39,375 nt of DNA from Verrucomicrobiota bacterium (GCA_046729455.1 JBKPGQ010000008.1:1-39375); one strand, 5' to 3'; counted from the stretch's first letter, positions 8,151-16,698 are shown. Translations and numbers: made by a program. The notes: generated from the sequence alone by a model not told the origin.

Positions 8151-10828
8151 TCGGTGACCGGTGATCCGTGGCGCTCCGCAACGCGTTTGCCATCGATCCA
8201 TAGACTGAGCTGCGTTGCCAGGCGTTTTTTGAATTCTGATCGGAACTGAATTTCGTCCAGGGCCTTTGCTACCTGCGGAGCGCTCGCAGCCGGCAGACTG
8301 TTTTTCGCGTACGTCCTTAGCTCCTGGGCGCGCGAATCGTCCGAGAAAAAGGTGAAGAGGCTGGGTGCATACGTGTTAGCGCCAAGCGCGTCGGCCTTTG
8401 CGAGTAGTGCTTTCATGTTAGCCCTGGCAAAATCCCACGCGATCTCCGGATGACCACTTTCACGAGCGACTCTCAGGACGAGAAAAATCGCGCGGCTTGT
8501 TGGCAATTCGTCCGTAAGCGCGATCGGAAGGGTCTTCTTCACCAATTTGGGGTCGATCGCATCGGCCAGCGCATCGTAATAGTTCTGCTTTTCTTCAATG
8601 CTAGTTGTCTTAAGGCCAAGGTGGTGAAGTTCATTCCACGTCGATTCGTCAGCGTATCGCCCTACGACTGAAAAGATCGCCGGTCGAAGATCAGGAGCCA
8701 GCGATTCTGGATTGCTGAGAAAAGCCTTAAAACGTTCGCGGCAATTCGCAACGACTTTCGGATCATTGAGGTTCCCGAGCGCCGTAATCAGACTCGCCCG
8801 GAGGTTTGCAGTGGCCGATTGCTCGTCCGATTTGGCTTCCCAGCCAACCGCATCAAAGGTGGGACGCAAGAGTGATCGCGCATATCGCTGAAATTTCTCT
8901 TGTTCGGAAGTGCCGCTCAAAAGCCGGTTAATAAAATCCAGCACGTGAATGATCTGTTCGCGCTCGGCTAGTTCGGTGGAAGCCGGCAGTTTTTCCACCA
9001 ACTCGAAGTAAAGAGCGATTGGGGCGCGGTTCGCCTGCACCAGAGCCCAGGCGTCGCTTAGCAGATTGGCGCGATCCTCAACGCCGAGATTCTTCAAAGA
9101 CCCAAGCAATAATTTCCACGATGGCTCGTCGTATTCGACGCGATAGTTTCCCGCGCCGTTCAAGTTCAGCTTAAGCACCCGATCCGGAGGAATGTTATGG
9201 ATGCTGTCAAACTTCCTGGTCATCAACAGCGTGGCAGGAGTTTCACCGGCGACCGCATATGTCAGCGGGATTTTCCATTCGAGCGGCGGAGCCTTTGTGA
9301 AATTGACGGTAAAGCGTTCCTGCGTGAGCGACACGTTGCCACCCTGCTCCCGTTTCACTTTCACGACGGGAAATCCCGGCTGTTCCGTCCAACCGGCTGC
9401 GATTTCTCCGACCGGTTTTCCGGAGGCTTCCGAGAGCGCATTCCACAAGTCGGCTGTTGTGGTGTTTGAATACATGTGCGCCGCCATGTAACGGCGAATT
9501 CCTCCGCGAAACGCATCGTCGCCGAGAAAACTCTCCAGCATCCGCAAAAACGATTGGCCCTTTTTGTAAGTGATATCGTCAAATGCGCTATTGGCTTCAG
9601 CCTCGGTCGCAACCGGCTGCTGAATCGGATGAGTGGTCGATCGCGCATCGCCTTCCATTGCCGCTTCCTTGACAATTCCGACACGGCGGCTTGGGTCCCG
9701 CGGGAATTCCCGGCGCAACCAGACTTCCCATTGTGGATTAAAATGCGCCGTGCATTTGGAGCCCATCCACGAGGCAAACCCTTCGTTGAGCCACAAATTG
9801 TCCCACCAAGCCATGGTTACCAAGTCCCCGAACCATTGGTGCGCCATTTCATGTGCGAGAACCTCGTAGATATCTTGCTTCGTTCCCGCAGAAGAACTTT
9901 TCGGATCAAACAGAAGTTTGGATTCGTAGTAGGTGATGCCGCCCCAGTTTTCCATCGCGCCTCCGAAGCCACCGGGTATCGCGATCTGATCCAGTTTCGG
10001 CAACGGATAAGCCACGCCAAAATAATCATTGTAGTATTGCAGGATTTGCGCCGTGGCTTCGAGCGCGTAGCGCCCCATCTCTGCCTTGCCTTTCGTCGCA
10101 ATCACTCGCAGCTGTGTAGGACTGCTTCGCGATTCAATGAAATCAAGTTCACCTGCAACGAAAACGTTCAGGTAACTGGACATCGGCGGAGTTACAGCGA
10201 AGCGCACCTCTTTGCCGCCGGCGATTTTTTTCTCGCTCTCGATCGGCATGTTCGAGACAGCGAGCCAGTTCTCCGGCACGACTGCGGTCAATTGGAAGCG
10301 CGCGCGAAAGACCGGCTCGTCCCAGCAGGGAAAAAAACGACGGGCATCGGTCGCTTCAAATTGGCTTCCGAGCATGATCTTCCGAGCACCACTGCCTTGC
10401 TCCTGATACCGCATGTAAAAAAGGCCCTGCCCTTGCTCATTTATTTTGCCCGTGAAATGAAGCGTCAGCTTGTGCTCGCCGGTCGCAAGGTCTGACGGTA
10501 ACGTGAGCGTGAGCAGTTCGTTTTTGGTGTCGGTCTTAATTGCGGAAGCCGGTAATTCTTTGCCATCGATAGACGCCGCTTCGATTTTGAGTTCGAGTGC
10601 ATTCAACACCAATTGGCGAACGCGATTACGAACGTTGAGGTTCACCGTCTCCGTTCCTGCAAATGTCAACTTGTCGATATCCGGGATGATCCGAACGGAG
10701 TAATCCGTCGGGACCACTTCTTTCGGGAGCTTTCCGGGTGTGTCTTTGAAACTGAATGGCTTTTCTGAAGCAAATACCGAGGACATGATTGCAAATTCAG
10801 CCACAAGAAAAAGAACCACAGTGCGCAT
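8144..10828 (-). CDS. pepN: M1 family zinc aminopeptidase N, secreted or periplasmic
   Basis: Exopeptidase motif GAMENWG, and zinc motif HEMAHQWFG...WLNEGFASW (HEXXH-X18-E). It has an N-terminal signal-like segment and a long ERAP1-like helical C-terminal domain. Confidence 0.9.
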   Translation of the reverse strand: MRTVVLFLVAEFAIMSSVFASEKPFSFKDTPGKLPKEVVPTDYSVRIIPDIDKLTFAGTETVNLNVRNRVRQLVLNALELKIEAASIDGKELPASAIKTDTKNELLTLTLPSDLATGEHKLTLHFTGKINEQGQGLFYMRYQEQGSGARKIMLGSQFEATDARRFFPCWDEPVFRARFQLTAVVPENWLAVSNMPIESEKKIAGGKEVRFAVTPPMSSYLNVFVAGELDFIESRSSPTQLRVIATKGKAEMGRYALEATAQILQYYNDYFGVAYPLPKLDQIAIPGGFGGAMENWGGITYYESKLLFDPKSSSAGTKQDIYEVLAHEMAHQWFGDLVTMAWWDNLWLNEGFASWMGSKCTAHFNPQWEVWLRREFPRDPSRRVGIVKEAAMEGDARSTTHPIQQPVATEAEANSAFDDITYKKGQSFLRMLESFLGDDAFRGGIRRYMAAHMYSNTTTADLWNALSEASGKPVGEIAAGWTEQPGFPVVKVKREQGGNVSLTQERFTVNFTKAPPLEWKIPLTYAVAGETPATLLMTRKFDSIHNIPPDRVLKLNLNGAGNYRVEYDEPSWKLLLGSLKNLGVEDRANLLSDAWALVQANRAPIALYFELVEKLPASTELAEREQIIHVLDFINRLLSGTSEQEKFQRYARSLLRPTFDAVGWEAKSDEQSATANLRASLITALGNLNDPKVVANCRERFKAFLSNPESLAPDLRPAIFSVVGRYADESTWNELHHLGLKTTSIEEKQNYYDALADAIDPKLVKKTLPIALTDELPTSRAIFLVLRVARESGHPEIAWDFARANMKALLAKADALGANTYAPSLFTFFSDDSRAQELRTYAKNSLPAASAPQVAKALDEIQFRSEFKKRLATQLSLWIDGKRVAERHGSPVTDH

Positions 10829-10854
10829 CTCCAGCGTGAACCAATGCGCGTCGC

Positions 10855-11298
10855 TTATTGTATAACCAACACGAGCAATAATTGCCCGCTGCCAACCTGA
10901 GGACCTTTGATAACCAGAGGACTGCGTTTACTCAGCTTGGCATCCGTTTCGAGCAAGAGCTCTTTCTCCTTGTAAAGCTTCAAATTCAAAACATAGCCGG
11001 CTGCACTTTCACCCTGCGCATCGACATGCAGTCCAAAAAATTTGCTGGTTGCGAGCCAGTCTTCCTGTCCGGTCTTGAGAGTCTTTTGTGACTGGCCAAT
11101 CACTTGAAACTGGTTGTAGCCAAAAAATTTCTTTAGCGACCCCTCGATCCGCGTGAGTTCGGGCGGAACCGGTTGCGGCTGGGAAACGTTTTCCGCAATA
11201 ACAAGTCCGCTCCACACCGTTTCCGCACCCTGCAACGCAGGCGCCGCAACTGCGATCAGTGAGACAAAAGGAATTAAGAACGCGAGCGAGCGACCCAT
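10855..11298 (-). CDS. Small secreted hypothetical protein
   Basis: 147 aa with a signal peptide (LIPFVSLIAVAAPALQGAE). It lies on the same strand, tightly packed between the anti-sigma gene and pepN. I recognise no family. Confidence 0.6.
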   Translation of the reverse strand: MGRSLAFLIPFVSLIAVAAPALQGAETVWSGLVIAENVSQPQPVPPELTRIEGSLKKFFGYNQFQVIGQSQKTLKTGQEDWLATSKFFGLHVDAQGESAAGYVLNLKLYKEKELLLETDAKLSKRSPLVIKGPQVGSGQLLLVLVIQ

Positions 11299-11304
11299 GA
11301 GCGA

Positions 11305-11820
11305 TTACTTGGCGGCGTAGTCGGCAGGCAGACTTTGCAATCCCTCCGTCCACAACACCGTTACCCGGTCTTGCTTCACCTCGAACATTGAGACGGTTGC
11401 ATTTGGGCTGACGACCGGATCAACGCGCGCATTTAGAATCTGGGTGAGGTATTGCGATTCTTCCGCAGGGTTCTTGTCGCGCATGACGAAAATTGTAAAA
11501 ATCAAAAAAACGGCGAGCGACGCGGTCCCCGTCCACAACAGGCGAGGAATTGTCCACCATGTAGAGCCTCTCGCTTCGCGGTCTGCAGAAGGCACACTAC
11601 TTTCGCGGATGGTTTCACGGAGCTGATGGCTAAAAAACTCTTCGTTTGTCAGTGCAGAGACACCCAACTCGCGCTTCAAGAGAGCACCAAGCTTTCTTGC
11701 CTCCGCCTTTTCGGCTTCAGCGGCAGCTTTATCTGGCAACGTCGCTTCGAATTCCGACAGTTCTCGCCCGTCGAGCTGTCCGTCCAGCCATGCCGTCCAC
11801 TTTTCTTCAAATGTTTTCAT
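11305..11820 (-). CDS. Putative single-pass membrane anti-sigma factor
   Basis: Overlaps the upstream ECF sigma gene by 14 nt. The N-terminus (WLDGQLDGRELSEFEATL) resembles anti-sigma N-terminal domains. There is one TM segment (LLWTGTASLAVFLIFTIFV). Confidence 0.55.
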   Translation of the reverse strand: MKTFEEKWTAWLDGQLDGRELSEFEATLPDKAAAEAEKAEARKLGALLKRELGVSALTNEEFFSHQLRETIRESSVPSADREARGSTWWTIPRLLWTGTASLAVFLIFTIFVMRDKNPAEESQYLTQILNARVDPVVSPNATVSMFEVKQDRVTVLWTEGLQSLPADYAAK

Positions 11821-12418
11821 AAACGTCTCTCAGTAAATTTTGCAACTTCTTGCGTGCATAAAACAGGCGCGACATCACCGTGCCTATCGAGCAACTGAGT
11901 GCTTCCGCGATTTCATGATATTGCATCCCTTCGATCTCTTTCATCAAAATGACAGCTCGTTGCTCGGGCGAGAGCTGGGCAATCGCGCTGTCTATCCGCG
12001 CACGAATCTCACTTCGTTCCATCATCTCGTGAGGCAAAGCTTCTGGCTTCGGCACAGTCTTGGATGCGGGCTCAACTTCCTTTAGCTGGATCGAATCGTC
12101 GAACTCGCTGCCTCCGCCTTTAACCTGTCTTTTGCGGAGCCAGTCGATCGTCACGTTCATGACGATCCGATAAATCCAAGTGTAAAACGACGAGCGTCCC
12201 CGAAAGCGCTTAATCGATTTCCATGCCTTGAGGAAGCTGTCCTGAGCAAGGTCCCACGCGTCCTGCTCGCTATGAACCATGTTGTAAATCATGCCAAATA
12301 CTCGTGTTCGGTAGCGAGTTACCAGCTCGTCGAATGCTTCGGTGTCACCAGCCTGGCAGCGTGTCACCAAGTCCAAGTCCGACACATCGGCCTGAGCCAG
12401 AGTCGCTTCCGTTTGCAT
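11807..12418 (-). CDS. ECF-type RNA polymerase sigma-70 family factor
   Basis: 203 aa. Region 2 (DAWDLAQDSFLKAWKSIKRFRGRSSFYTWIYRIVMN) and region 4 (MQYHEIAEALSCSIGTVMSRLFYARKKL) are typical of ECF sigma factors. Confidence 0.85.
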   Translation of the reverse strand: MQTEATLAQADVSDLDLVTRCQAGDTEAFDELVTRYRTRVFGMIYNMVHSEQDAWDLAQDSFLKAWKSIKRFRGRSSFYTWIYRIVMNVTIDWLRKRQVKGGGSEFDDSIQLKEVEPASKTVPKPEALPHEMMERSEIRARIDSAIAQLSPEQRAVILMKEIEGMQYHEIAEALSCSIGTVMSRLFYARKKLQNLLRDVYENI

Positions 12419-12446
12419 GATTGGACGGGAGCCGGCCCTATTTCAT

Positions 12447-13118
12447 TCAACCCCGAAAGCTTTCGGGGCCGAAGCGGCGACGCCACTCGCCGCGGTATTC
12501 GCCCATTAGAGTGACAATACCGTCTCGCACTTGAAAAAGTCGCCGTCGAAGGACTGCATATTGTGAGCGGGTAACCAGCCCGGCGATCTTCCGAAGTTGC
12601 GCCGCCGCATCCATCGAAATCGTGATTGCTTTCAAGGCCCGCTTCAAATAGGCGATTGTCATCCCAATTTCGCTCAGACTATCGCTGCTCAAGGCTGCAG
12701 CCAGCTTGGCGTTCGCCAGCGCAGCTTGTGTCGCCAGTTTCACAGCTGCCGGCTCGTTCGGAAGCGAAGCGTTTCGATCGAAAAGGTGATCAATCCAGAT
12801 CGTCAAAGCGAAGGCAGCACGATACAGATCGTGTTCTTCAAAAGTCTCTGCTGATCCGAATGTCTCGTCGATTCCACGATCGTCCTCTTCAGCCACGTCT
12901 TCGTCCGGCAGCGCATCGAGTTCAGCGCTCCAATCCCTGGCATCCAACAATTGGGTCCAACCCATTTCCCGCGCGATGATCTCGTCACGCTGGGGATCAT
13001 CAAGGTATTCTTCCAGCAATCGCATGTACTTTTCCGCTTTGCCCTCCTGTTGCTGTAGGAAACGCTCCCACTGATACTCGTCCCAGACGCGTTCGGGCTC
13101 ACCCTCGTAGCCGGCCAT
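12447..13118 (-). CDS. Hypothetical acidic cytoplasmic protein
   Basis: 223-aa ORF on the same strand immediately upstream of the ECF sigma gene. It has protein-like composition but I recognise no family. Confidence 0.55.
   Translation of the reverse strand: MAGYEGEPERVWDEYQWERFLQQQEGKAEKYMRLLEEYLDDPQRDEIIAREMGWTQLLDARDWSAELDALPDEDVAEEDDRGIDETFGSAETFEEHDLYRAAFALTIWIDHLFDRNASLPNEPAAVKLATQAALANAKLAAALSSDSLSEIGMTIAYLKRALKAITISMDAAAQLRKIAGLVTRSQYAVLRRRLFQVRDGIVTLMGEYRGEWRRRFGPESFRG
12451..12468. other. Perfect 18-nt palindrome CCCCGAAAGCTTTCGGGG at the 3' end of the hypothetical gene, just upstream of the ECF sigma gene
   Basis: Read directly from the sequence. It overlaps the last codons of 12447..13118 (stop at 12447-12449) and lies about 30 nt before the sigma start codon. 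Confidence 0.5.
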
Positions 13119-13160
13119 GATAAAGAACTAAACGCGAGCTTGTCGCTGTGCGCAAAATTT

Positions 13161-13190
13161 TTTGGTAGGGCGCGACCGCCGGGCGCGCCG
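13161..13190. repeat. GC-rich REP-like element, copy A (TTTGGTAGGGCGCGACCGCCGGGCGCGCCG)
   Basis: Near-identical to copy B at 16321..16352. It contains the hairpin GGCGCG(13169-13174)/CGCGCC(13184-13189). It is intergenic, between rlmN and the next minus-strand gene. Confidence 0.7.
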
Positions 13191-13196
13191 ATCGTG

Positions 13197-14279
13197 CTAT
13201 CCACGCGCGCGTGCTTCACGTTCCGTTTGCAACCGCAACTGTCCGCAGGCTGCATCGATGTCATGCCCTTTCTCGCGACGCAGCGTTGCCGAAATTCCTT
13301 CAGCTCGTAAAACCGATAGAAATTTTTCCTGGCGCTTTTCCGAAGGTCGCGTCCAAGGCAAACCGGACACGCTATTGTACGGAATTAAGTTTACTTTTGC
13401 CGCGAGCCGGTGTGCGTGTTGAGAAAGGAGACGCGCTTGCTCGTCAGAATCGTTCACGCCTGCGATCAAGATGTATTCGAAGGTAAGGCGTTGCTTCTTG
13501 TGAGCTTTGTAGTAGTCGCAAGCTGAAAGCAGCGTCTCGATATTGTAACGGCGATTGATCGGCATGATCCGATTGCGAACCTCGTCAGTGGCCCCATGCA
13601 GAGAAACGGCCAGCCGAATTTGTAAACGTTCCTCACCCAGTTTGCGAATCTGCGGCGCCAGTCCGCTGGTTGAAATTGTGATGTGACGCGCGCCGATGCC
13701 GAGGCCCCACTCCGCGTTAATTATCCGGATCGCCCGGAGCACGTTCTCGAGGTTGGCGAGCGGCTCACCCATTCCCATGAACACGACATTGTCGATCTTT
13801 TCACTGATCGCACGCTCAACTGCGATGAGCTGGTCGATAATTTCGCTTGCACTCAGGTTGCGCGAAAAACCTTCCAAACCGCTCGCGCAAAATTTGCAGC
13901 CGTAAGCACAACCCACCTGGGTCGAGACACAGATTGTCCGACGGTCCGATCTACCGCCGTAAAGGGCCAGCGACGCCGGAATCAAAACTGATTCGATCAA
14001 ATTTCCGTCGCCCAGACGGAAAAGAAATTTACGCGTCGTATCACGCGCGCCGAGTATGCGCACGAGGTCAATCTTACCAAGCGAAAACGTCTCGAAAAGC
14101 CGTCCGCGCAACGGTCGTGGTAAATTAGTCATTTTATCGATCGTGTCGACGCGCTTTTTGTAAAGCCAGTCGATGATCTGCCCGGCGCGATATGAGGGTT
14201 CTCCCAATTCGCGAAGCTGCTCCTGAAGCTCGCTAAAAACGAGAGATTTTAGATCGGTTTTGCCGGCGGTTTTCACCAC
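13197..14279 (-). CDS. rlmN: 23S rRNA/tRNA (adenine-C2)-methyltransferase, radical SAM
   Basis: 360 aa. Radical-SAM cluster motif CAYGCKFC (CX3CX2C) and conserved blocks NVVFMGMGEPLAN and AACGQL near the C-terminus. Confidence 0.9.
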   Translation of the reverse strand: MVKTAGKTDLKSLVFSELQEQLRELGEPSYRAGQIIDWLYKKRVDTIDKMTNLPRPLRGRLFETFSLGKIDLVRILGARDTTRKFLFRLGDGNLIESVLIPASLALYGGRSDRRTICVSTQVGCAYGCKFCASGLEGFSRNLSASEIIDQLIAVERAISEKIDNVVFMGMGEPLANLENVLRAIRIINAEWGLGIGARHITISTSGLAPQIRKLGEERLQIRLAVSLHGATDEVRNRIMPINRRYNIETLLSACDYYKAHKKQRLTFEYILIAGVNDSDEQARLLSQHAHRLAAKVNLIPYNSVSGLPWTRPSEKRQEKFLSVLRAEGISATLRREKGHDIDAACGQLRLQTEREARARG

Positions 14280-14335
14280 AAAATCTATCGGATACCGCGG
14301 CTTGCATCAAACATCTGCAGAGGTACCTTCGCCGC

Positions 14336-14542
14336 GTGGAGAAACGCTTTGCATTGCACGCGGTTCTGTTTCTGTTGGTCGCATCGCTGCTCTCTGCCTG
14401 TGCAACATCCGAGGATTCGATGAGCGGTGACTCGGTTTCCCACTCTGCCACCTCTGGTACACCTGTTCCTGGGGAAAAGTTATCCGATGAAGGAAAGTTT
14501 ACTCCGGGTGGGCCCGGAGCCAGCGGAAGCGTTCATTGGTGA
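14336..14542 (+). CDS. Small putative lipoprotein
   Basis: 68 aa with a GTG start. Signal peptide with lipobox LLSAC (FLLVASLLSAC|ATSED). The mature part is low-complexity and Ser/Gly/Pro-rich. Confidence 0.45.
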   Translation: MEKRFALHAVLFLLVASLLSACATSEDSMSGDSVSHSATSGTPVPGEKLSDEGKFTPGGPGASGSVHW

Positions 14543-14635
14543 TCAACACTGCTGAGGTACCCGGCTTACCAGAAGTCGAAAGAGCATAAAGCCTAAAGAT
14601 TTTAGGTATCATTGCTTGGCGGAGATTTCTGCTTG

Positions 14636-15403
14636 ATGGCGCGGGCGCACAGAGAACACTCAGCGGCGATGACGCATAGAACGCGCTCGCCACTCGCACT
14701 TGGTTGGGAGGCCGCGCGGGCCAACGCAATGCCCGCGCTAGTTATTCAGACGCTCATGCTCATGTTGCTCGTGGCTTTTTACACGAGTCACACAGGGTCC
14801 TCAGCTCTGTCGCAATTGGCCGAGCTAAAGCGAACGCACGACATCCTTTTTGTCATCGTAGCATCCGTGGCGGCGGGCGCGCTTATTCCAGAGTTTTTCT
14901 TGATTCTTTTCTTCCAGCGAGGACGTCCGAGCCGTCGGAATCTTCGTAATTTACTATTTACCGTGCCCGTGTGGGGACTCGATGGAACGCTTGTCGACCT
15001 TTTGTATCGAAGCGAAGCAGCTTGGTTTGGAGACGTTGCGACGCTACCGGTGGTCGCGGCAAAAATTTGCGTCGATCAATTTGGTTACAATCCTCTTTTC
15101 GCGGCCCCATTTGGTGTGCTGACCTACGAGTGGAAGAACAGTGGCATCTCGCTCCAGCCCATTCGCGATCTTTTCACATGGAAACATTACCGCGACAAAA
15201 TCATTCCCACCTTGCTCGCCACATGGGCAGTCTGGATTCCCCTGATGGCAATTATCTACTCGCTGCCGCTTGCCCTGCAATTTCCTCTGTTCGGCCTGGC
15301 ACTTACTTTTTGGGTGTTGCTTCTCACTTACATGACGAATCGGTTTGCGGGGAAAATCCAAGCTGATGCACCGCTCGCGCTGGCTACGGCGAAAGCTGAA
15401 TAG
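14636..15403 (+). CDS. Integral membrane protein resembling the Mpv17/PMP22 family
   Basis: Multi-TM protein. The segments CVDQFGYNPLFAAPF and LLATWAVWIPLMAIIYSLPLALQFPLFGLALTFWVLLLTY resemble the Mpv17/PMP22 signature (DQ..f.P.f ... W.vWP..q.iNF..vP...). The start is uncertain: the track has TTG at 14612 and I take the ATG at 14636. Confidence 0.55.
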   Translation: MARAHREHSAAMTHRTRSPLALGWEAARANAMPALVIQTLMLMLLVAFYTSHTGSSALSQLAELKRTHDILFVIVASVAAGALIPEFFLILFFQRGRPSRRNLRNLLFTVPVWGLDGTLVDLLYRSEAAWFGDVATLPVVAAKICVDQFGYNPLFAAPFGVLTYEWKNSGISLQPIRDLFTWKHYRDKIIPTLLATWAVWIPLMAIIYSLPLALQFPLFGLALTFWVLLLTYMTNRFAGKIQADAPLALATAKAE

Positions 15404-15419
15404 TTAAAATCGTTACAAA

Positions 15420-15482
15420 GTTAAAAAGGTGACGCGCGGTCGACGACAGGGATCCCAAGGTTCGACGCCTTAACTTTTTAAC
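15420..15482. terminator. Long imperfect hairpin in a convergent intergenic spacer (possible bidirectional terminator)
   Basis: GTTAAAAAG (15420-15428) is complementary to CTTTTTAAC (15474-15482). An inner imperfect pairing is AAGGTGACG/CGACGCCTT. It lies between the stops of 14636..15403 (+) and 15494..16273 (-). Confidence 0.3.
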
Positions 15483-15493
15483 TGCTTAACCTC

Positions 15494-16273
15494 TTATCTT
15501 TCCGCGAAATAACGCAGTGCTTCGTAAACGCCAGCGCCGTGCTCTTGCTGCGCCACGTAACCGCTTGCCTTACGCACTGCGCTTTGCACCTCATGGATTG
15601 CGTTCGCCGGGCAGGATGGCATCGCAGCAACTTTTCCATTCAACATTGAGATATCGTTGTGATGATCGCCGGCCGCGAAGATGTTGTCGCGCGAGACTCC
15701 GATTAAACGTGCCAACTCCGCAAGTGCCGCGCCTTTGTGATAATCGGCATGGCAAAAACGGAGATAGATGCCGTTCCGTTGATAATCAAATTTTGGATGC
15801 CCGGCTCGCGTCCCCTCGATAAACTTGGCGATCCGCTCCATTTCTTCCTCGCTTTCCGCAGCAAGACCTTCGAGGCAATCAGAATCGTAAATAAGACGCG
15901 CCTTTGTTTCTTGAGTCACGAAGGCTATTACCTCGGCGAGGACTGGCTGGGCTGAAGCGAATAACTCAGCGTGATCGCGCGCGCACCGATCGTTCCAATC
16001 GCCGAATGGCTCCCATTTGTCGCCGTTTCCCCTGGGGCGAAAGACATCGCGTTCGGTTGTCAGAATGAAATCCGGACGGATTGGGATTCCAAAATTCGCA
16101 AGCCCAGATTCCAGCAGATCGACCGAGCGCCCAGTGTTGATTGCCCAGATCGCGCCTGCGTCTTGCAGCTCCCGAATCAATTCCATACACGGCCGATTCA
16201 GCGCAGGTTCGTCAGCGTGCGAAACGAGCGTGCCGTCGAAATCGATGCTGAGTAATTGGATTAGTGGAGACAT
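15494..16273 (-). CDS. HAD-superfamily hydrolase (Cof/HAD-IIB-like sugar-phosphate phosphatase)
   Basis: Motif I DFDGTL near the N-terminus, motif II INTGR, and motif IV GDHHNDISML. Confidence 0.8.
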   Translation of the reverse strand: MSPLIQLLSIDFDGTLVSHADEPALNRPCMELIRELQDAGAIWAINTGRSVDLLESGLANFGIPIRPDFILTTERDVFRPRGNGDKWEPFGDWNDRCARDHAELFASAQPVLAEVIAFVTQETKARLIYDSDCLEGLAAESEEEMERIAKFIEGTRAGHPKFDYQRNGIYLRFCHADYHKGAALAELARLIGVSRDNIFAAGDHHNDISMLNGKVAAMPSCPANAIHEVQSAVRKASGYVAQQEHGAGVYEALRYFAER

Positions 16274-16320
16274 CGAATTAACTTAGGAATTGATTTCCGA
16301 CATGCAATTCGGCACGGCTT

Positions 16321-16352
16321 TTTGGTAGGGCGCGAACGCGCGGGGCGCGCCG
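16321..16352. repeat. GC-rich REP-like element, copy B (TTTGGTAGGGCGCGAACGCGCGGGGCGCGCCG)
   Basis: Shares TTTTTGGTAGGGCGCGA...GGGCGCGCCG with copy A. Hairpin GGCGCG(16329-16334)/CGCGCC(16346-16351). It sits in a divergent promoter-type spacer, so it is not simply a terminator. Confidence 0.7.
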
Positions 16353-16407
16353 TCTGAATTAAGAAATAGAGCAAGAAACACGAGTAAGAGTAAGAATAAG
16401 ATAACGA

Positions 16408-16698
16408 ATGAAATCGGCTTACGAACTGGCGATGGAGCGACTCGAAAAAGCGTCACCATCCATCTCGCTCACGGAAGATCAGAAAAAAGAAATCGCAGAA
16501 GTCGATTCTGTTTATCGCGCGAAGATCGCCGAGAGAGAAGTCTTCTTGAAGGATCAAATTCGCAAGGCGCAAATCGCTGGCAATCTCGAAGAAGTGCAAT
16601 CACTGAAGAAACAGCTTGCCTCGGAAATGCGCCGCTTGCAGGAAGAATGCGAAGCCAAGAAAGAAAAGCTTCGCAAGAGCTTTACAAAATCGTTGTAG
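16408..16698 (+). CDS. Small charged coiled-coil hypothetical protein
   Basis: 96 aa, rich in K/E/Q heptad-like sequence. ATG start. I recognise no family. Confidence 0.5.
   Translation: MKSAYELAMERLEKASPSISLTEDQKKEIAEVDSVYRAKIAEREVFLKDQIRKAQIAGNLEEVQSLKKQLASEMRRLQEECEAKKEKLRKSFTKSL

Noticed and set aside
9476-10495. 339-aa ORF on the + strand
   Set aside because: It is entirely antisense to the well-supported M1 aminopeptidase gene, Arg/Ser-rich, and has no recognisable motifs. This is a typical shadow ORF in GC-rich coding sequence.
15455-15470. GGTTCGA T-loop-like motif, suggesting a tRNA fragment
   Set aside because: No flanking T-stem complementarity, acceptor stem or anticodon arm could be built around it.
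16358-16407. Purine-rich near-tandem hexamers GTAAGA-GTAAGA-ATAAGA just upstream of the 96-aa ORF
   Set aside because: There are only three short units. It is more likely a purine-rich leader/SD region than a repeat array, and it is far too short to be a CRISPR or a satellite.
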